Below, in pieces: positions 1-9,731 of a stretch of 32,000 nucleotides of DNA. This DNA is from Promethearchaeota archaeon (GTDB lineage Archaea; Asgardarchaeota; Lokiarchaeia; Sigyniarchaeales; Promethearchaeaceae). The notes under the pieces are model-generated. The model searched no databases. It saw nothing but the letters and a program-made list of their open reading frames with translations, and was not told the DNA's origin. Numbering within the stretch: position 1 is the first letter of the stretch; each line of letters begins with the position of its first letter. A program made the position numbers and the translations under genes. The stretch lies in NCBI GenBank assembly GCA_016933055.1, contig JAFGBS010000001.1, forward strand, positions 210,001-242,000, read 5' to 3'.

Positions 1-310
1 AGGATGGCTAACAGCGGGTGCTAGTATATTGGTTCCTATTGTCCCGGGATTAGTTGCGGCGATTCTAGCGGGAAAAGTGGGTAAACGAACCATCAATGGC
101 TTTTTTGGGATGTTTTTAACCGGAATTATTTGTTCTGTAGTTCCTATTATTATTTACTTTATCAGTCCAGTATCTGTTGCCCCTTATCTAAGTTTCATTT
201 TGAGTGAATTTTCGGGAACAGCCATTATTCTCACAATGACAGGCGTGATTGGTATTTTTATTGGAACTTTTTGGGCAGCTATTGGTGCTTTCTTCGGAAA
301 AATGGACTAA
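1..310 (+). CDS. Membrane protein, 5'-truncated by the window edge
   Basis: The frame of ORF 29..310 is open back to the window start (GWLTAGASILVPIVPG...). It has about three hydrophobic Gly-rich helices. Confidence 0.6.
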   Translation, partial: GWLTAGASILVPIVPGLVAAILAGKVGKRTINGFFGMFLTGIICSVVPIIIYFISPVSVAPYLSFILSEFSGTAIILTMTGVIGIFIGTFWAAIGAFFGKMD

Positions 311-350
311 AGGAACAAGACTAAATTTTACCCCTTCTTTTTGTTTTTAT

Positions 351-809
351 ATGTGGCGGAAGTTTCGAGATAGTGTTACGACAAAGCAAGTTAAGCGGAT
401 AAAAGGACGAAAGACCTCATTACTATACCAAAATCAAATACTAAAAGTACAACAAATCTTCACATATTCCTCACGTAAACGAATTTTTTATCAGTTTTTT
501 GTCAAGGGGAATCTCCCCCATATTCAAAAAAATAAGAAGCAAACGCAATTTTTAGGAATCCAGCTTAGTAAAGGATCTTCCCTTCTCCTCACTCATCTTA
601 TTCGAGAAGTGCTGAAATGCAACGGATCCAGGGAGTTTTTTTTTATTCAGTATCCTGTCTATTCGCAAACCAATATTCAATACTTAATTTTATTAATACG
701 TCTTTATGAAGATAGTCCGATTCATGAATATGAACAGAAATTAATGAAACTTCAAGATGAATTTACTAATACAATCAAATCATTAGTAAAGAGTGCTTTC
801 AGAGATTAA
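351..809 (+). CDS. Hypothetical basic protein (~152 aa)
   Basis: The ATG at 351 (MWRKFRDS...) is in frame with ORF 249..809 and avoids overlap with the upstream gene. No motif recognised. Confidence 0.5.
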   Translation: MWRKFRDSVTTKQVKRIKGRKTSLLYQNQILKVQQIFTYSSRKRIFYQFFVKGNLPHIQKNKKQTQFLGIQLSKGSSLLLTHLIREVLKCNGSREFFFIQYPVYSQTNIQYLILLIRLYEDSPIHEYEQKLMKLQDEFTNTIKSLVKSAFRD

Positions 810-839
810 AACCTACATTAATATATCAATCTTGTTTTT

Positions 840-2327
840 ATGATCTCGACGATCATGGGAAAATTAATTGAATCTAAAATTGTATGCACATTGGGTCCTG
901 CAACCGATACAAAGGAAAAAATACGGGAATTAATTGATGCTGGAATGAATATAGCTCGATTGAATTTTAGCCACGGATCGCATACATATCATGAGAATGT
1001 AATAAAAACTATTCGTGAGATTTCCGATTCCACTGCAATCCTATGTGATATACAAGGTCCAAAAATTCGGATCGGAAAATTACTTGAACCAACAATGTTG
1101 ATACAAGGAGATTTTATTAAAATCACAACTGAAGAAAACTGGGTCGGAACTAAGGAGAAAATACCCATATCATACAGAGGTTTTTTGAATGATGTAAAAC
1201 CGGGGGACATTGTATATATAAATGATGGTTTGGTCAAGCTTGTTATTAAAGAGATCAAAAAAGAAGGTAAGTATGCATTATGTGAAGTACTTTTGGGAGG
1301 ACTAATTTCAGACGGTAAAGGCGTTAACATTCCCAGTGGAAAATTAAGTACTGCTAATCCGACTGAAAAAGATATTAAAGATCTTCGCTTCATTGGAACA
1401 CTGAAACCTGATTTCGTAGCTGTCTCCTTTGTGTCTCAAGCTTCCGAAGTAGAAGATGTAAGACGAATGTTAGCTAACGAGGGTTCTCAAGACACAAAAA
1501 TCATAAGTAAAATCGAACGTGCCGTTGCTTTAGATAATTTCGAAGAAATTTTAGAAGTATCTGACGGAATAATGATTGCTCGCGGGGATCTAGGCGTAGA
1601 AATCCCTTATAAAGAACTCCCCGTTAAACAAAAAGAACTTATCAGGCAGTGCAATATTCATTCCATACCGGTCATCGTTGCCACCCAAATGTTGGAATCC
1701 ATGATTTTTCAACCTCGACCTACTAGGGCGGAAGTGTCTGATGTATTTAATGCAATATTTGAAAGATCCGATGCAGTAATGTTATCGGGAGAAACCTCAG
1801 TGGGAAAATATCCCATTCGCACCGTTCAAACAATGCGTGAAATTGTAAATCTCGCCGAGGAATATATTATTCCTTTAAATCCTGATGAATTAGATTCTCC
1901 TAAACAAGAAATTTACGAAACAATAGGACATGGGATATTTACATTATCAGAAGAATTCAATCAACTGAATTATCGAGGTAAAATCATATGCTTTACACGT
2001 GGTGGAAAATCTGCACGAATGATTTCCAAATATCGTCCTCCTCTCCCCATTATTGCTATAACGGATAGTAAATCTATAGCAAGGCAATTAAACCTAATAT
2101 GGGGTATCAATCCTGTATTCATGGAAAATTTGAATATATCTCAACATTCTACTGGTGAGTTTTACAGTCCAGAGCGAATAATCAGTGAGGGTTTGCAAAT
2201 TTTGCATAATGATGGGCTTATTGAGAAGAACGAACATGTAATTATTTCGATTCCCTCTCGAATTGCTCCCGAACGGTCTGCTTTAATTGGAATGTATTAT
2301 GTAAAGGATATTCTCAATTATTCTTAA
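840..2327 (+). CDS. pyk: Pyruvate kinase
   Basis: Motifs KIVCTLGPAT, ARLNFSHG, DIQGPKIR, KIER, IMIARGDLGVE, ATQMLESM, PTRAEVSDV and DAVMLSGETSVG. Confidence 0.97.
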   Translation: MISTIMGKLIESKIVCTLGPATDTKEKIRELIDAGMNIARLNFSHGSHTYHENVIKTIREISDSTAILCDIQGPKIRIGKLLEPTMLIQGDFIKITTEENWVGTKEKIPISYRGFLNDVKPGDIVYINDGLVKLVIKEIKKEGKYALCEVLLGGLISDGKGVNIPSGKLSTANPTEKDIKDLRFIGTLKPDFVAVSFVSQASEVEDVRRMLANEGSQDTKIISKIERAVALDNFEEILEVSDGIMIARGDLGVEIPYKELPVKQKELIRQCNIHSIPVIVATQMLESMIFQPRPTRAEVSDVFNAIFERSDAVMLSGETSVGKYPIRTVQTMREIVNLAEEYIIPLNPDELDSPKQEIYETIGHGIFTLSEEFNQLNYRGKIICFTRGGKSARMISKYRPPLPIIAITDSKSIARQLNLIWGINPVFMENLNISQHSTGEFYSPERIISEGLQILHNDGLIEKNEHVIISIPSRIAPERSALIGMYYVKDILNYS

Positions 2328-2345
2328 ACTATCCATAGATTCTCT

Positions 2346-3014
2346 CTACCATTGAATTAAGTGGGGAATACCTAGTTGGATAGGTTTAATTATTGCACTG
2401 GGTATTACATAATCGAAAATAGATTGAAGGACATTTGCAAATATAACGGTAATCACAATAGCAGTCCACCCATCGATTGAATCTAGCCATAGAAATGCCA
2501 ACGTGTGAGTATTCCAAAGTTGAAAATCGGAATAGATCGTAAGCATGGCGATGACATTTAATGGAACCATCAACACAAGACGAATAATCACGCTAAAAAT
2601 CCAATTGAACGCTAGATATTTTGTCTTGAGAGAGGTTGTATTGTTTATTGGATGTTTTCGTATTTTTTCAATAATATAGGGGACGATAATTAAAGGAATT
2701 GTTGCCGTAAATTTGAATATAGGTCCGAATGGAGCAAAAGGATCAAATGGAAATAAAAGAAACATCCCAATCACTGAGGTTAGAATACCTGCTTCATATC
2801 CAAATACAAAAAATGATAAAATCCAAATGACAGAAACGGGATCAAACCATGCTAAGCCCCAAGCGAATCTTGGTAAAAACTCAGTGGTAAGTAACGAGAT
2901 GACAAGCGAGATAGCACTGAAAATTGCCCCTCCCGAAATCTTGATGACGAGAGAGTATTTTTTCTTTTGATTGGTTGTGTCTTCTACTCGTGTTTCTGGT
3001 TTGGATGTAGCCAT
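2346..3014 (-). CDS. ECF transporter S-component (vitamin-uptake type, RibU/PanT-like); substrate uncertain
   Basis: About six TM helices. The FDPVSVIWILSFFVFGYEAG and GPIFKFTAT patterns are typical of S-components. Confidence 0.7.
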   Translation of the reverse strand: MATSKPETRVEDTTNQKKKYSLVIKISGGAIFSAISLVISLLTTEFLPRFAWGLAWFDPVSVIWILSFFVFGYEAGILTSVIGMFLLFPFDPFAPFGPIFKFTATIPLIIVPYIIEKIRKHPINNTTSLKTKYLAFNWIFSVIIRLVLMVPLNVIAMLTIYSDFQLWNTHTLAFLWLDSIDGWTAIVITVIFANVLQSIFDYVIPSAIIKPIQLGIPHLIQW

Positions 3015-3036
3015 ACTATAAAAATTAAGGAATTAA

Positions 3037-3044
3037 TTTATAAA
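3037..3044 (-). promoter_or_regulatory. Putative archaeal TATA box (TTTATAAA) for the ECF S-component gene
   Basis: TTTATAAA lies 23-30 nt upstream of the ATG at 3014, a spacing that fits a near-leaderless transcript. Confidence 0.4.
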
Positions 3045-3098
3045 GTTAATCTATTTTGGAGCAGTGAACTTCATTTATAAGTAATGTTTACAGAAACG

Positions 3099-4139
3099 TT
3101 AAACTAAATCTCGAGTAATATCATATACTGCACAGTTCTCAAAACTGATCTGGTGGCAATCCTTGCAAAATATCGTAGCACGCGTAGTGATTTGGTTATT
3201 AATAATTTGAAATTGCCCCCTTTCTTGGTCCCATTTCTTTAATATATTTTCCGAATGACATAACGGACAAGCCTTAATTTCTTTAAATTCTTGCATTCGA
3301 AAAGCGGGATTAAAAACTTTTTCAGCCTCATCATATACATGGTTCATCGCCTCCGCTTCCTCCGAAATACCATTTCCATCAGATTTGCCTTTATCAATAT
3401 TTTGTTTTCCTAATTCCCGTATGATCTGACCATCTTTCAGAATTAACGTACGATCTGCAATTTTGCGTAAATTTGCATTATGAGTTACAATTACGAGAGA
3501 TTTCTCCGAATTTAAATCTATATAGTTGCGGAAGATTTCCATTACTTTTTTTTCTGCAATAGAATCTATATTTCCAGTGGGTTCATCTGCCAGTAAAATT
3601 AAAGGGTCATTAGCAATGGCAGAGGCAATCGCTACTCTTTGTTTTTCACCCCCACTAAGACTAAAAGGGCGGTGATTAGCTCTATCCTTAATATCCACTT
3701 CTTTTAGCAATTCTTCTACTCGCTGTTTCCGATAACTTGTAGGAGCATCCGAAATAATTAATGGGAGTTCAATATTTCCTTTAGCAGTTAAGCTCGGGAC
3801 TAAATTAAAAAATTGAAATACTATACCAATCTTCTTTTGAAGATGCTTTTGGATTTCGTCATCCCTAAGTTTAGTTACATCCCGTCCATCCACATAGATT
3901 TTTCCCGCGGTAGGTTCCACCATTCCTGATATCAAGTTTAATAATGTGGTTTTCCCTGATCCAGAGGGCCCCATTACAACAACGATCTCTCCTTGGTTAA
4001 TTTTGATATTGATATTTCGTAGTGCAACTACTTCAAGATTTCCTTGTTTGAAGATCTTGTAAACATTTTTACATTCAATATTGACTTTTTTTTCTTTGAA
4101 TTGCATACTATCTGTTTTATTGATGCTCACGATATTCAC
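3099..4139 (-). CDS. ABC transporter ATP-binding protein (LolD/MacB type) with C-terminal zinc-ribbon-like extension
   Basis: Walker A GPSGSGKT, Q-loop VFQFFNL, signature LSGGEKQR, Walker B LLADEPTGN and H-loop VTH. The C-terminus has CPLC...CKDC. Confidence 0.92.
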   Translation of the reverse strand: MNIVSINKTDSMQFKEKKVNIECKNVYKIFKQGNLEVVALRNINIKINQGEIVVVMGPSGSGKTTLLNLISGMVEPTAGKIYVDGRDVTKLRDDEIQKHLQKKIGIVFQFFNLVPSLTAKGNIELPLIISDAPTSYRKQRVEELLKEVDIKDRANHRPFSLSGGEKQRVAIASAIANDPLILLADEPTGNIDSIAEKKVMEIFRNYIDLNSEKSLVIVTHNANLRKIADRTLILKDGQIIRELGKQNIDKGKSDGNGISEEAEAMNHVYDEAEKVFNPAFRMQEFKEIKACPLCHSENILKKWDQERGQFQIINNQITTRATIFCKDCHQISFENCAVYDITRDLV

Positions 4140-4142
4140 TTT

Positions 4143-7100
4143 TTAAAATTTATATAAATATTCCGATATGGATTTGCGTGTGTCATAAAGAAATTCGATG
4201 AGAAAGATGACTAAAGAAATTCCGATCACGGAAGAAAGAATTACTATCAAATCGATTGGGTTTGTAAACATGCGGAATCTTAATCCAAAACTATAAGGAT
4301 TCATTTTCTGTCCAAGTAACAATGTCAAAGTTGAACTCAAAAAACCTATGAGAGCTCCTCCGATAATGGAGAAGAAATAAATCACAAATAATTCACCCAT
4401 AATAAATCGAAATATCCCACGTTTACCAATACCACGTGACATCAGAATTCCGTAAAATTGATGTTCTTTTTTCCGCACAGAAGTTAGAAGAATTGGAAGT
4501 CCCAATGCTACTTGTATTAATACCACGATAAAGATAAGATAGGACATTTTGTAAATTAGTAGGGGATTTATGCTACTTGAAACATCTTTTTGGATTGATT
4601 TCCATTCGTGATTATAGTGGTGGTAATCAGAAACATAAAAGGGAGAATACGATTTAGTTTTGTTGTCTAGATACTCTTCGACAAGATCTAAATCCCCCTC
4701 TACTAAATCCATATCAATTTCAACCAAAGACAGCATTTGAGGAGCGTGTAACATATAATCTAAACCTTGGAATGGTAATGCACTAACATCTATGACAATG
4801 AATTCTGCGGGGTCTAAATACGACTCTTCTACGGGCCGGATATATAATCCGGGAAAATATTCCGCCACGGCAACAATTCTAACAGGGATGTAAAAACCAT
4901 TCGTAAAAGCCGTAAGGATATTCAATCGAGAGTCATAATAACGATAATCAATAAATACGATTTCACCTTCACTCACACTATTACTGCTTAAATATCGTTC
5001 ATTTACAATTGCTCCGGGTATTCCGTCACCGTTGGGATCCTGAAGATTGAATTCAATGACTTCAACCAGTTTTGAAATAAAATCTTTATCGGGTAGCATT
5101 TTATCTGCATTTAACATCATTGTTACATAGCTACTCAAATCAACGTAATACTGAAATAATTGGATATAAGATGAGGAACGGTGTCGATAAACTACTAATG
5201 CTTCTTCAACGAGAGGATCACCCTCATTCGTGGTGATGGATTTTAATCGTTCTATTAAAAGCTCGACATCACCACTATTGGTTAAATTTGTACTAAAGGT
5301 CGTACTTTTTTGGATATCCGTACCAATCTGAAAATTCTCGTACATATTATCTATACTATAAAGCGAATACGTCATCACGTTCATATGGACAAATATCGAA
5401 GTGAAAATGCCCAATAATAGTATAACAGAGATATATTGCTTCTTTTTAATCATCTGTAAACCGAGTAAATAAGACTTTTTTTTCAAGAAAGGCTTAGCTA
5501 AGAAACGAGATATGCGCGCTAAAAATTTAGGAGATTCCTTGGTAAAAATGCGGATAATCCCCACTGTAAGAAAAATCGGTACAATTATTAACAGCAGACT
5601 AACAAAACCATAAATAATGGAAGATATTGAGAATTCTGCGATAGATAATAGCCAATATAAATTCGAACGCTCCGCAAATACCATAAATATATAATAATAA
5701 ACAGGGAGTAAACCGATTGTAATAAACAAAATACTCCATTTTTGAATTTTTCTCTGCTTTTCGGTTATCGCATCCTTATATTCCCTTTTCTCTTCTCGAA
5801 CATGCTTCCGCAATTCTGCTGATGATTTATCTGTAGACATATATATAGTTTGTTCATCAAATTCCATATCCATTTCTTCAGTACCGATTGCAGTCAGCAA
5901 TTCAGATGTTTTAAGTTTCGAGACATAATACATACTACTAATACTTGTTAATAATGAGAGAATGATTCCTAATGCGATAGAGATGATGATAGATGATTGT
6001 TTTGCGAATAAGGTAATTTCTAAAGCAACAAATTGAGTGTATACCATGGGTCTTACCCAAAGATCATGCCCATAAAAAGTTGCAAATCCTAATAGAGATC
6101 CCAATACAGAGGATACCACGCCATTAACTAATGCCTCCAAGAAGATTTGATTACGGACCATGCGTTTTGAGACCCCTTTACTTCGCAACAATAAAAATTC
6201 ATCGATTTTATTCTGGGTAGCCGATTTCGATGCAAACGATCCTACTATCAAAGCCACAATGAGAATTGGGAGATTAATAATTTGAGATAACAATCTCATT
6301 CGATTGGAGGTTTCAAATAAAATTTGAAGCGGTTCACTAATCATGTCATAAAGAAGTACTTGACTGGGTAAATCACGATAAAGTGTATTTTTTTCAATTG
6401 CAATAGAACGATCTGGAGGAAAAATGTTGAAAAATGAGGTGAAATCTCTGTTTATATTCACTCCATAACCCGATAAAGAATAGAAATAGGGAGCTCCCGT
6501 ATTATTCAAAGCGTCAAGAACATTTCCATAATACATTTGAAATGGATGGGAGTTATTAGTAAAATCAGAATAGGATAATACGGGAACTTTACGTGCCCGT
6601 AAAGTTAAGCGAGATACATCTGCAGGTGTTTTTAGCTCAGCTATTTCTTCTTGTGTCATACCATAATAGAAGGTCTCATAATCAAGGGTAGTATTTACAA
6701 TTCGATATTCTTCAAAAGCTACTTGGGGGATGTAAGTTCCCACAATAGTTATGTTAGGAATATCTATAAAATACGGGTCTTCGAAATAACTGGGTTGGTA
6801 AAAGGTGTGAAGATCAATAGTCGATCCCACTTCGATCTGCATCTTTATGCTGACAATATGGTCAATAAGAATTTCATTCTGATTTTGTGGGGTATCTCCT
6901 TCTACGATTTTATAGAATTGGCTAAATCTGGAGGAGTTATAAAAATTTTGGTCGAATATTATTGTATAAAGCGAGAAATATTCATATTCATTATAAAAAT
7001 ACGCTCTATCAGCACCGATTGTTAAGTATCTATAAATATTTTGCACTTCCAAATTCGTCGCTGCAAAACTCTCAATAACGGATGAATCAGTCATTTCAAA

Positions 7101-7328
7101 TACAGCCGAACAATTGACTTGCTGATAATTTTTATTATGACTTACGGTGAAATCAGCAAACATATCAAATTGGGAGGAGGATCGCAATGCATCTCTTTCA
7201 AATGCATCAAAATAATAAAATAAACCAGCAATCATAGAAATTGCAATCGCTAGTGTTAGAATCGTCATCAAAGAACGGCGAACATTGTACATTGCTTGCC
7301 GAAAATTAAAATTAAATTTTTTAAACAT
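4143..7328 (-). CDS. Large FtsX-like ABC permease (two FtsX repeats, large extracytoplasmic domains)
   Basis: Repeated FtsX signatures (EFLLLRSKGVSKRMV...IFLEAL and QFYGILMSRGIGKRGI...IMGEL), multiple TMs, and position next to the LolD-type ATPase. ATG 7328 is preferred over GTG 7337. Confidence 0.88.
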   Translation of the reverse strand: MFKKFNFNFRQAMYNVRRSLMTILTLAIAISMIAGLFYYFDAFERDALRSSSQFDMFADFTVSHNKNYQQVNCSAVFEMTDSSVIESFAATNLEVQNIYRYLTIGADRAYFYNEYEYFSLYTIIFDQNFYNSSRFSQFYKIVEGDTPQNQNEILIDHIVSIKMQIEVGSTIDLHTFYQPSYFEDPYFIDIPNITIVGTYIPQVAFEEYRIVNTTLDYETFYYGMTQEEIAELKTPADVSRLTLRARKVPVLSYSDFTNNSHPFQMYYGNVLDALNNTGAPYFYSLSGYGVNINRDFTSFFNIFPPDRSIAIEKNTLYRDLPSQVLLYDMISEPLQILFETSNRMRLLSQIINLPILIVALIVGSFASKSATQNKIDEFLLLRSKGVSKRMVRNQIFLEALVNGVVSSVLGSLLGFATFYGHDLWVRPMVYTQFVALEITLFAKQSSIIISIALGIILSLLTSISSMYYVSKLKTSELLTAIGTEEMDMEFDEQTIYMSTDKSSAELRKHVREEKREYKDAITEKQRKIQKWSILFITIGLLPVYYYIFMVFAERSNLYWLLSIAEFSISSIIYGFVSLLLIIVPIFLTVGIIRIFTKESPKFLARISRFLAKPFLKKKSYLLGLQMIKKKQYISVILLLGIFTSIFVHMNVMTYSLYSIDNMYENFQIGTDIQKSTTFSTNLTNSGDVELLIERLKSITTNEGDPLVEEALVVYRHRSSSYIQLFQYYVDLSSYVTMMLNADKMLPDKDFISKLVEVIEFNLQDPNGDGIPGAIVNERYLSSNSVSEGEIVFIDYRYYDSRLNILTAFTNGFYIPVRIVAVAEYFPGLYIRPVEESYLDPAEFIVIDVSALPFQGLDYMLHAPQMLSLVEIDMDLVEGDLDLVEEYLDNKTKSYSPFYVSDYHHYNHEWKSIQKDVSSSINPLLIYKMSYLIFIVVLIQVALGLPILLTSVRKKEHQFYGILMSRGIGKRGIFRFIMGELFVIYFFSIIGGALIGFLSSTLTLLLGQKMNPYSFGLRFRMFTNPIDLIVILSSVIGISLVIFLIEFLYDTRKSISEYLYKF

Positions 7329-7411
7329 GCAGAGCACACATTGAATTCTTAGCTAGCTCTTTAGTCGATTATTTTTAAGAATTCTCTTACTTTTGTTTAA
7401 AAAAGTGTAAT

Positions 7412-8677
7412 TTAATTAACAAATTTTTTTAATTCAGCAGAATTTATGTCTAATTCTGTAGCGATTTGTACCAGTCTCTTGTTCCTTGTAGGTTCATCGT
7501 AAATGGATAAAATCTCATTAATCTGAGGAATTATTTGATTTACAATATCGAGCTTGGATTTGTAGAAAAAATTCTGCAATTCTTCAAGTAGTGTTTCGCC
7601 TGTAAACCTAAATCGAAGGTTTCCTAAATTTGGCATTTTGAACTTTTTATAACCTTTTGAAATTGTTTGTGTAACAGAAACGATCACTCCCCCTGAAACC
7701 AAATCAAAAAAGTAGGATAATAATGAAAAATCCATCCTAGTCATAATTTGATTCATTAAGTTATCTGCATCCAATAAGGTGTTGAATATTTCTTTTCTAT
7801 CTTTTCTATCTAAAATTACTGCTTTCATGTTAGCGTGGATAATTTTATGGATAATTTTGTAGTCAAAATCAATATTGGATAGGATGTCTCTGGCTTTCCG
7901 AATGGTTTTTTGTTCAAACATCGATTGAAGGAAGCTGAATATTTTCTCTTGAATATCACGATGCATATCTAAAAATTCCATATCGGTAAAGACACCTTGT
8001 GAGAGGGCTTGCAAATCATTAATTGCCGAGCGCATATCTCCTCCAGAATTCATCGCGATTGCTTCAACGATCTCATCATCTACTTTCAAGTTTTCTTTTT
8101 CCGCAATTTCCTTCAATAAGTTTGAAATTGTTGCTTTTTGTAGGGATCTACATGGTATTTTTGTAGAAATATCATATAATGATTTGAATTTGGAATCATA
8201 GAAATTACATGTCAAAATTATCGGATTTTTTGTTTTTTTAATCAGCGAGACAATAGCTTTTACACCACCCCGATCACTTTTTCCACTAATTCCATCTACT
8301 TCATCGATTAAAATAATTTTTTTGCGGTTTAATTTTTCTGGCATGAGGTAGGACAATAAATCTGTGGACGATATACTTTCTTCAAGTGTTTCTACAATAG
8401 CATTTTCTGTTCTTATGTCTGATGCATTCATTTCCACTACGCTATATCCTAAATCATTTGCTACCGCGTAAACCACTGTTGTTTTACCGATCCCTGGAGG
8501 TCCTTCTAGCAATATTGCTTTTTGAGATCCACGTATTTTTCTCCCTGCATTTTGCTGTTCTTCGAAATTTTTTATAAAATCCTTTATCTTCTTTATATTT
8601 GTTGAGAAACCCACCATTTCTTTTGTGTTTTTTGGGCGATATTTTTCAACCCAAGGCAATTCTTGTGATTTTTTCAT
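7412..8677 (-). CDS. rfcL: Replication factor C large subunit
   Basis: PWVEKYRP, Walker A GPPGIGKT, EMNASD, Walker B ILIDEVDG and GDMRSAINDLQ. No SRC motif, as expected for the large subunit. Confidence 0.92.
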   Translation of the reverse strand: MKKSQELPWVEKYRPKNTKEMVGFSTNIKKIKDFIKNFEEQQNAGRKIRGSQKAILLEGPPGIGKTTVVYAVANDLGYSVVEMNASDIRTENAIVETLEESISSTDLLSYLMPEKLNRKKIILIDEVDGISGKSDRGGVKAIVSLIKKTKNPIILTCNFYDSKFKSLYDISTKIPCRSLQKATISNLLKEIAEKENLKVDDEIVEAIAMNSGGDMRSAINDLQALSQGVFTDMEFLDMHRDIQEKIFSFLQSMFEQKTIRKARDILSNIDFDYKIIHKIIHANMKAVILDRKDRKEIFNTLLDADNLMNQIMTRMDFSLLSYFFDLVSGGVIVSVTQTISKGYKKFKMPNLGNLRFRFTGETLLEELQNFFYKSKLDIVNQIIPQINEILSIYDEPTRNKRLVQIATELDINSAELKKFVN

Positions 8678-8687
8678 GAGATTCCCC

Positions 8688-9731
8688 TTAAGAGTATTTT
8701 GCTCCTAAATCAATCAAGCCGTAAATTAGATTATCATACATTAGATCCTGACTCGTAGAATCGATTGTGCGAAAATCGATCTGGGATAAAAGATTCACTA
8801 TATCACATTTTATTAATTCTACAACTGGCAGCTTAAACACTTCATCGCACATTATATCAATTATTTCACTGAACACACGGTTGTATTTTTGAATATTAGA
8901 TAGATTATCTTTTACTCGATTGGATTGCTGAGATAATGCATGTCGCAATAATAAACCTACTTCTTCACGCAAATCATTTTTAACCAAACGAAATATTATA
9001 TCGGGATCTATTTCCTCAGAAATAGTTGCCGCTGCTTGAAGGTGTGATATGGAATCTGCAAGACTTCCCTTGGTAGATAGATAAAGAATTTTCGAAATAT
9101 TTCCCTTTAAGATTAGATTTTCTTTTTTTGCAATGAACTCAATCCTTTCTTTAAAGGAAGGAAAATCAATTTGCTTGAAAAAAATAATATTGCAGCGGGA
9201 TATTATGGGATCGATAATCGAAGATATTTGATCGGTTAACAATATCATGCGACAATAGGAAGAATATTTTTCCATTAACCTTCGTAAACCTTGTTGTTGA
9301 TCTTCCAATAGGTGAAAATCATCAATAATCAGGAATTTAATTGGATGGAAGGAAATAGGTTTGATTTCTACAAAGGGTTTTATCCGAGAAAAAATGAATG
9401 CAGGCCATGTAAATCTTCTCCCTGCTGTACTTCCTATTCTCTTTGTGGGTATATAGGAAAGTCGTCTTGTTTCATCCCTTTCTTCTTGGGTCAAGGGATC
9501 AGAAGCATAAACGATTTTACAATTTGTACTAGAACCTTTCCCTAAAACATAATGGGTAAACAATCGGGCTACTTCCATTTTCCCATAGCCTTTTGGTCCT
9601 GTAAACAAAAGATGGGGGATATCTTGTGTCGCTGCAATTTGAGTTAAATTTGCGATCATTTCCTCCCTACCTGGTATCTCATTCAGTGATTTCGGTTGAT
9701 ATTTCAATCTCCAAAGAAAACTTTCATTCAT
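8688..9731 (-). CDS. Divergent second RFC small subunit, probably ATPase-inactive
   Basis: WRLKYQP, PHLLFTGPKGYGKM, IIDDFH, LRRLMEKY and PIISRC. It lies between rfcS and rfcL, and its start overlaps the rfcS stop by 8 nt. Confidence 0.85.
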   Translation of the reverse strand: MNESFLWRLKYQPKSLNEIPGREEMIANLTQIAATQDIPHLLFTGPKGYGKMEVARLFTHYVLGKGSSTNCKIVYASDPLTQEERDETRRLSYIPTKRIGSTAGRRFTWPAFIFSRIKPFVEIKPISFHPIKFLIIDDFHLLEDQQQGLRRLMEKYSSYCRMILLTDQISSIIDPIISRCNIIFFKQIDFPSFKERIEFIAKKENLILKGNISKILYLSTKGSLADSISHLQAAATISEEIDPDIIFRLVKNDLREEVGLLLRHALSQQSNRVKDNLSNIQKYNRVFSEIIDIMCDEVFKLPVVELIKCDIVNLLSQIDFRTIDSTSQDLMYDNLIYGLIDLGAKYS

